From the NCBI GenBank assembly GCA_013416795.1, contig RQSC01001348.1, positions 7,699 through 66,546 on the forward strand: 58,848 nt of DNA. The letters are read 5' to 3'. The translations under genes and the position numbers were made by a program. Origin of the DNA: Prasinococcaceae sp. CCMP 1430 (Eukaryota; Plantae; Prasinodermophyta). Below are positions 55,021 to 58,848 of this stretch, piece after piece. Every line of letters begins with the position of its first letter. The stretch's first letter is position 1. Below the pieces are notes generated by a model that was not told the origin of the DNA, made no database searches, and saw only the letters and a program-made list of their open reading frames with translations.

Positions 55021-56368
55021 TCACCTGCGCGAGGAGAGGCACTTGCTGGCTGGCTGCTGGGGCGGCGCGGGAGCGGTGGGGAGGACGTGGGGGGGGGCGA
55101 TGACGGCGGCGCGTCGTCAGCACGCGGCAGCGCGCGGCAGCGGCCCGGCACGCGGGCCGTCGCCCGCGACCGCGGCACGCGCAGCGCGNNNNNNNNNNNN
55201 NNNNNNNNNNNNNNNNNNNNNNNNNNNNNNNNNNNNNNNNNNNNNNNNNNNNNNNNNNNNNNNNNNNNNNNNNNNNNNNNNNNNNNNNNNNNNNNNNNNN
55301 NNNNNNNNNNNNNNNNNNNNNNNNNNNNNNNNNNNNNNNNNNNNNNNNNNNNNNNNNNNNNNNNNNNNNNNNNNNNNNNNNNNNNNNNNNNNNNNNNNNN
55401 NNNNNNNNNNNNNNNNNNNNNNNNNNNNNNNNNNNNNNNNNNNNNNNNNNNNNNNNNNNNNNNNNNNNNNNNNNNNNNNNNNNNNNNNNNNNNNNNNNNN
55501 NNNNNNNNNNNNNNNNNNNNNNNNNNNNNNNNNNNNNNNNNNNNNNNNNNNNNNNNNNNNNNNNNNNNNNNNNNNNNNNNNNNNNNNNNNNNNNNNNNNN
55601 NNNNNNNNNNNNNNNNNNNNNNNNNNNNNNNNNNNNNNNNNNNNNNNNNNNNNNNNNNNNNNNNNNNNNNNNNNNNNNNNNNNNNNNNNNNNNNNNNNNN
55701 NNNNNNNNNNNNNNNNNNNNNNNNNNNNNNNNNNNNNNNNNNNNNNNNNNNNNNNNNNNNNNNNNNNNNNNNNNNNNNNNNNNNNNNNNNNNNNNNNNNN
55801 NNNNNNNNNNNNNNNNNNNNNNNNNNNNNNNNNNNNNNNNNNNNNNNNNNNNNNNNNNNNNNNNNNNNNNNNNNNNNNNNNNNNNNNNNNNNNNNNNNNN
55901 NNNNNNNNNNNNNNNNNNNNNNNNNNNNNNNNNNNNNNNNNNNNNNNNNNNNNNNNNNNNNNNNNNNNNNNNNNNNNNNNNNNNNNNNNNNNNNNNNNNN
56001 NNNNNNNNNNNNNNNNNNNNNNNNNNNNNNNNNNNNNNNNNNNNNNNNNNNNNNNNNNNNNNNNNNNNNNNNNNNNNNNNNNNNNNNNNNNNNNNNNNNN
56101 NNNNNNNNNNNNNNNNNNNNNNNNNNNNNNNNNGGGCGGGCGCGCGAGCGCGCGCGCAGGCGCCCTCTCCGCTCGCACGCCCCTCGCCCCTCTCCCCCGC
56201 TCCGCCCCGGCGCGGCCTAGGGGAGGGGGGGGGAGGGGCCGCGGCGCGCCTCTCTCCCCGCCCCGCTCAGGCGAGGCCAAGGAGGGGGGGAAGCCGAAGG
56301 GGCGCGTGCGGGGGCGGCGCCGCAAAGGGGTCCAGCGCCTGCTCCTCTGCGACCCCTCGCGGGGCGCG

Positions 56369-57860
56369 ATGGAGAACGGCGCCGAAAACCACCGCGGCGG
56401 GCCGATGTTCCCGGGCGGCCAGCCGCACGCGGGGGGCGGCGAGGGAATGGTGCAGCAGCACGGCGGCATGGAGGCGCTGCCGCTGCCGCTCCTCGCCGAC
56501 GGGGTGGGCCCGCACGGCGGCGGCCCCGCGGGCGGGGGCGACATTGGGCGCGGGCGCGTGCACTCGTACAACGCCGAGGAGCTGCGCATGCTCCTCGGCT
56601 CGGGGCAGGGCGCGATGGACATGCACGGCATGGGCGTCCCGCCGGGGCACCCGCACGCGATGGGCATGCCGCCCTCGAGCGCCCCGCAGGGCGTGAACGG
56701 GCACAACAGCGAGCACGCCGCCGTCGCCGCCGCCCAGGCCGCTGCGGCGGCCGTGGCGATTAGCCAACGGCAGCAGCAGGTGGGCGCGCCCGCGCCCCTC
56801 GCGCTGAGCGGTGACAGCGCGCACGGTCCCATGGACGCGCACGCGCACGTCCCGCGGCAGATGGCCGGCCCGCCCATCGACGAACTCGGCCTCCAGTTCC
56901 TGCCGCTGGTGGGCGGACCGCCCCTCGGCGGGGTGGGCGGGATGGCGCACGCGCAGGCGTCGCACCCGCCGCCGCAGTACGACGCGGCGCTCGGCGCGAT
57001 CGCCGCGACCGCGGACGGCTTCCTGGCGTCCAGCCCCATTCGGCCGGCGGGCCCCGCGGCCGATGCGAACGCGGTGAACGCCNGGAGCGGGCGCCGCTGG
57101 CGTGAGCGTGAGCCCGGCGGCCACGGCGAGCCTGTCCGGCGGGTCCGCGGGCGACCTGGCGGCGCTGCGCGAGCGGAGCCCGTCCGAGGACGCCCTGGCG
57201 CCTGCCCGCGCGGTGCCGAGCCCGCAAGTGAGCGGCTCGGCCGAGCCGGTGGTCACCATCGACGAGGGCTCGTCGCCGGAAACGCTCTTCATCAAGGTGG
57301 TGTGTCCGGACCGGCGGGGCGTCCTGCACGCTATCCTCAACGTGATGAAGCGGCTGTCGCTCGACGTGACGCGCGCGGTGATCGCCACGCCCGCGTGCGG
57401 CAACATCGACGACACCTTCGAGGTCGTCCAGACGCAGCCCGTGCCGCAGGAGAGGATCCGCGAGCAGGTGACCGCGGCGCTCTCGGCGCTCATCGACGGC
57501 AGCTACCAGGAGAGCGAGTACGAGGTCGTGATGGCGCAGCTCGGCAAGCGCACCAAGCCCGAGCCCGTCCGGAGTGCCGACGACGCGGCCGCCGCCGCAG
57601 ACGACGCGGCCGCGGCCGCGGCGCCGGTGGACAGGACCTCCGTCGACGCGCCCCCGCCGGCGGCCGCCGCGCTCACGCCGAGCTCGTCGACGGCGCCGAT
57701 CGCCGCGGCGCCGCCGGCAGCTTCGCCACGGCCGGACGTGCCCGCCGAGGCTGAGGCGGTCGTCAAGATGGAGACGGCGGAGGAGGAGGAGGCGAAGGAA
57801 CCCGCGGGCGCGGAGCCCGCGAGCGAACCCAGCGGGCAGCCCGACGGCGCCACCGCGTGA
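56369..57860 (+). CDS. Low-complexity (G/P/A/H/Q-rich) protein with a C-terminal ACT-like domain, interrupted by an N at 57083
   Basis: IKVVCPDRRGVLHAILNVMKRLSLDVTRAVI...DDTFEV is an ACT-type motif. The frame changes across the single N. Confidence 0.6.
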
Positions 57861-58195
57861 GGGCGCGCGGGCGCGCGCGAGAGGGCATACAGGTCGGAGG
57901 CCCGGTCCGCGGAGGGAGCGCGGGGCACGGGGGAGGAGGTGGGAGATCGGCGCCGCGCGCGGGGGTCGGCGGACGACCCACATGAGATCGCCTCGGCACG
58001 CCGCCCCTGTCGCCCCCGCGCGTATAAAGACGGCGCGCACCGCCTGTGCACACACATCCGGGGCCCTCTCAGGCCGCCCGTTCCACCCCGCCGCCTCCTG
58101 GCGCGCGCGCAGCAGCAGCAGCAGCGCCTCGCGCTCCGCCCTGCGCTCTGCCCGCGCGCGCACGCGCGGGTGCCCCTTCGCCTCCCCCAGGGGCC

Positions 58196-58198
<3 letters not shown>

Positions 58199-58238
<40 letters not shown>
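58199..58238. repeat. Poly-T tract (40 nt); poly-G/C tracts also at about 8935-8960, 9969-9998 and 18565-18590
   Basis: Seen directly. Confidence 0.95.
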
Positions 58239-58848
58239 CGGCGCGCGCCTCTGCTGCGCGCTGGGCTCGGATGCTCGCGCGTCCGCAGCGCCGCGCCGAA
58301 AGCGAAAGCGACGGATCCGCCACGCAGTCACATCGCATGCGAAAAAGGGGATTTACGACAAAACCCGCGATACGAAACGCTAAAAAACGCGCCGGGGGCC
58401 GCTTCGATTTCGGCCCGGGCTTCGAAACGGATATTTTGCGTTTTCTGAATGCGAAGAAAAACCCCGAATTCATAAATTCGGTCCGAAAGACCATCAAAAC
58501 GCATTGGGGGGGAGCGCTTCCGTTTCGGGGCGCGCGCGCGCGCGCAGCACCTTATCTCAAGCGGCGCGCGAACGGGTTGTGTGGCGGTTAGAGGTTGTGA
58601 GTGTGCGTGTGCGTGTGCGTGTGCGTGTGTGCGTGTGCGCGTGTGTGTGCGTGTGCGTGTGTGTGCGTGCGCGCGCGTGTGTGTGTGTGTGCGTGTGTGC
58701 GTGCGTGTGTGTGTGTGTGTGTGTGCGCGCGCGCGCGCGATTGTGTGTGTGTGTGTGTGTGTAGACAGTGTGTGTGTGCGCACGCGCGCTCGGCGCGCGT
58801 CGTGCCACACCGCGCGCCGCGGCCGTTACGCTCGCGCGCGCGCGATGG

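Larger units (their letters stand above)
4307..56133. other. Assembly gaps
   Basis: N-runs 4307-4520, 28672-28765, 34801-35362, 44398-44977, 52655-53156, 54133-54395 and 55189-56133; single Ns at 5158, 35660, 48155 and 57083. Confidence 0.99.

Noticed and set aside
1-58848. tRNA, rRNA or spliceosomal snRNA genes
   Set aside because: No recognisable cloverleaf, T-loop or rRNA/snRNA sequence was seen; anything inside the N-gaps cannot be excluded.

Overview
This is eukaryotic nuclear DNA from a very GC-rich green alga. Soluble starch synthase I, an ELIP, plastid L28, FtsHi1 and a type II peroxiredoxin point to Viridiplantae; a prasinophyte-grade alga is my inference only. About 30 compact protein-coding genes lie in mostly alternating divergent and convergent orientation. 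They have short GT-AG introns rich in (GC)n/(CA)n, TGTAA just downstream of most stop codons, and AT-richer intergenic promoter islands carrying telo-box-like motifs. Seven N-gaps and four single Ns hide several 5' ends. I found no rRNA, tRNA, CRISPR array or recognisable transposon. The most unusual items are: (1) a secreted six-blade kelch protein ending in a bacterial-type (type I) dockerin; (2) an intronless, full-length UBA1-like E1 that keeps its catalytic Cys and UFD but has a degenerate adenylation site; (3) that E1 sits in a four-gene run with ASPSCR1/TUG, a METTL21/23-family methyltransferase and a WD40-RING-H2 protein; (4) a TTTGACCTC motif shared by three ribosomal-protein promoters; (5) two box C/D-like snoRNA candidates. 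Gene models are read by eye from splice signals and protein similarity I recognise; no database search was run.
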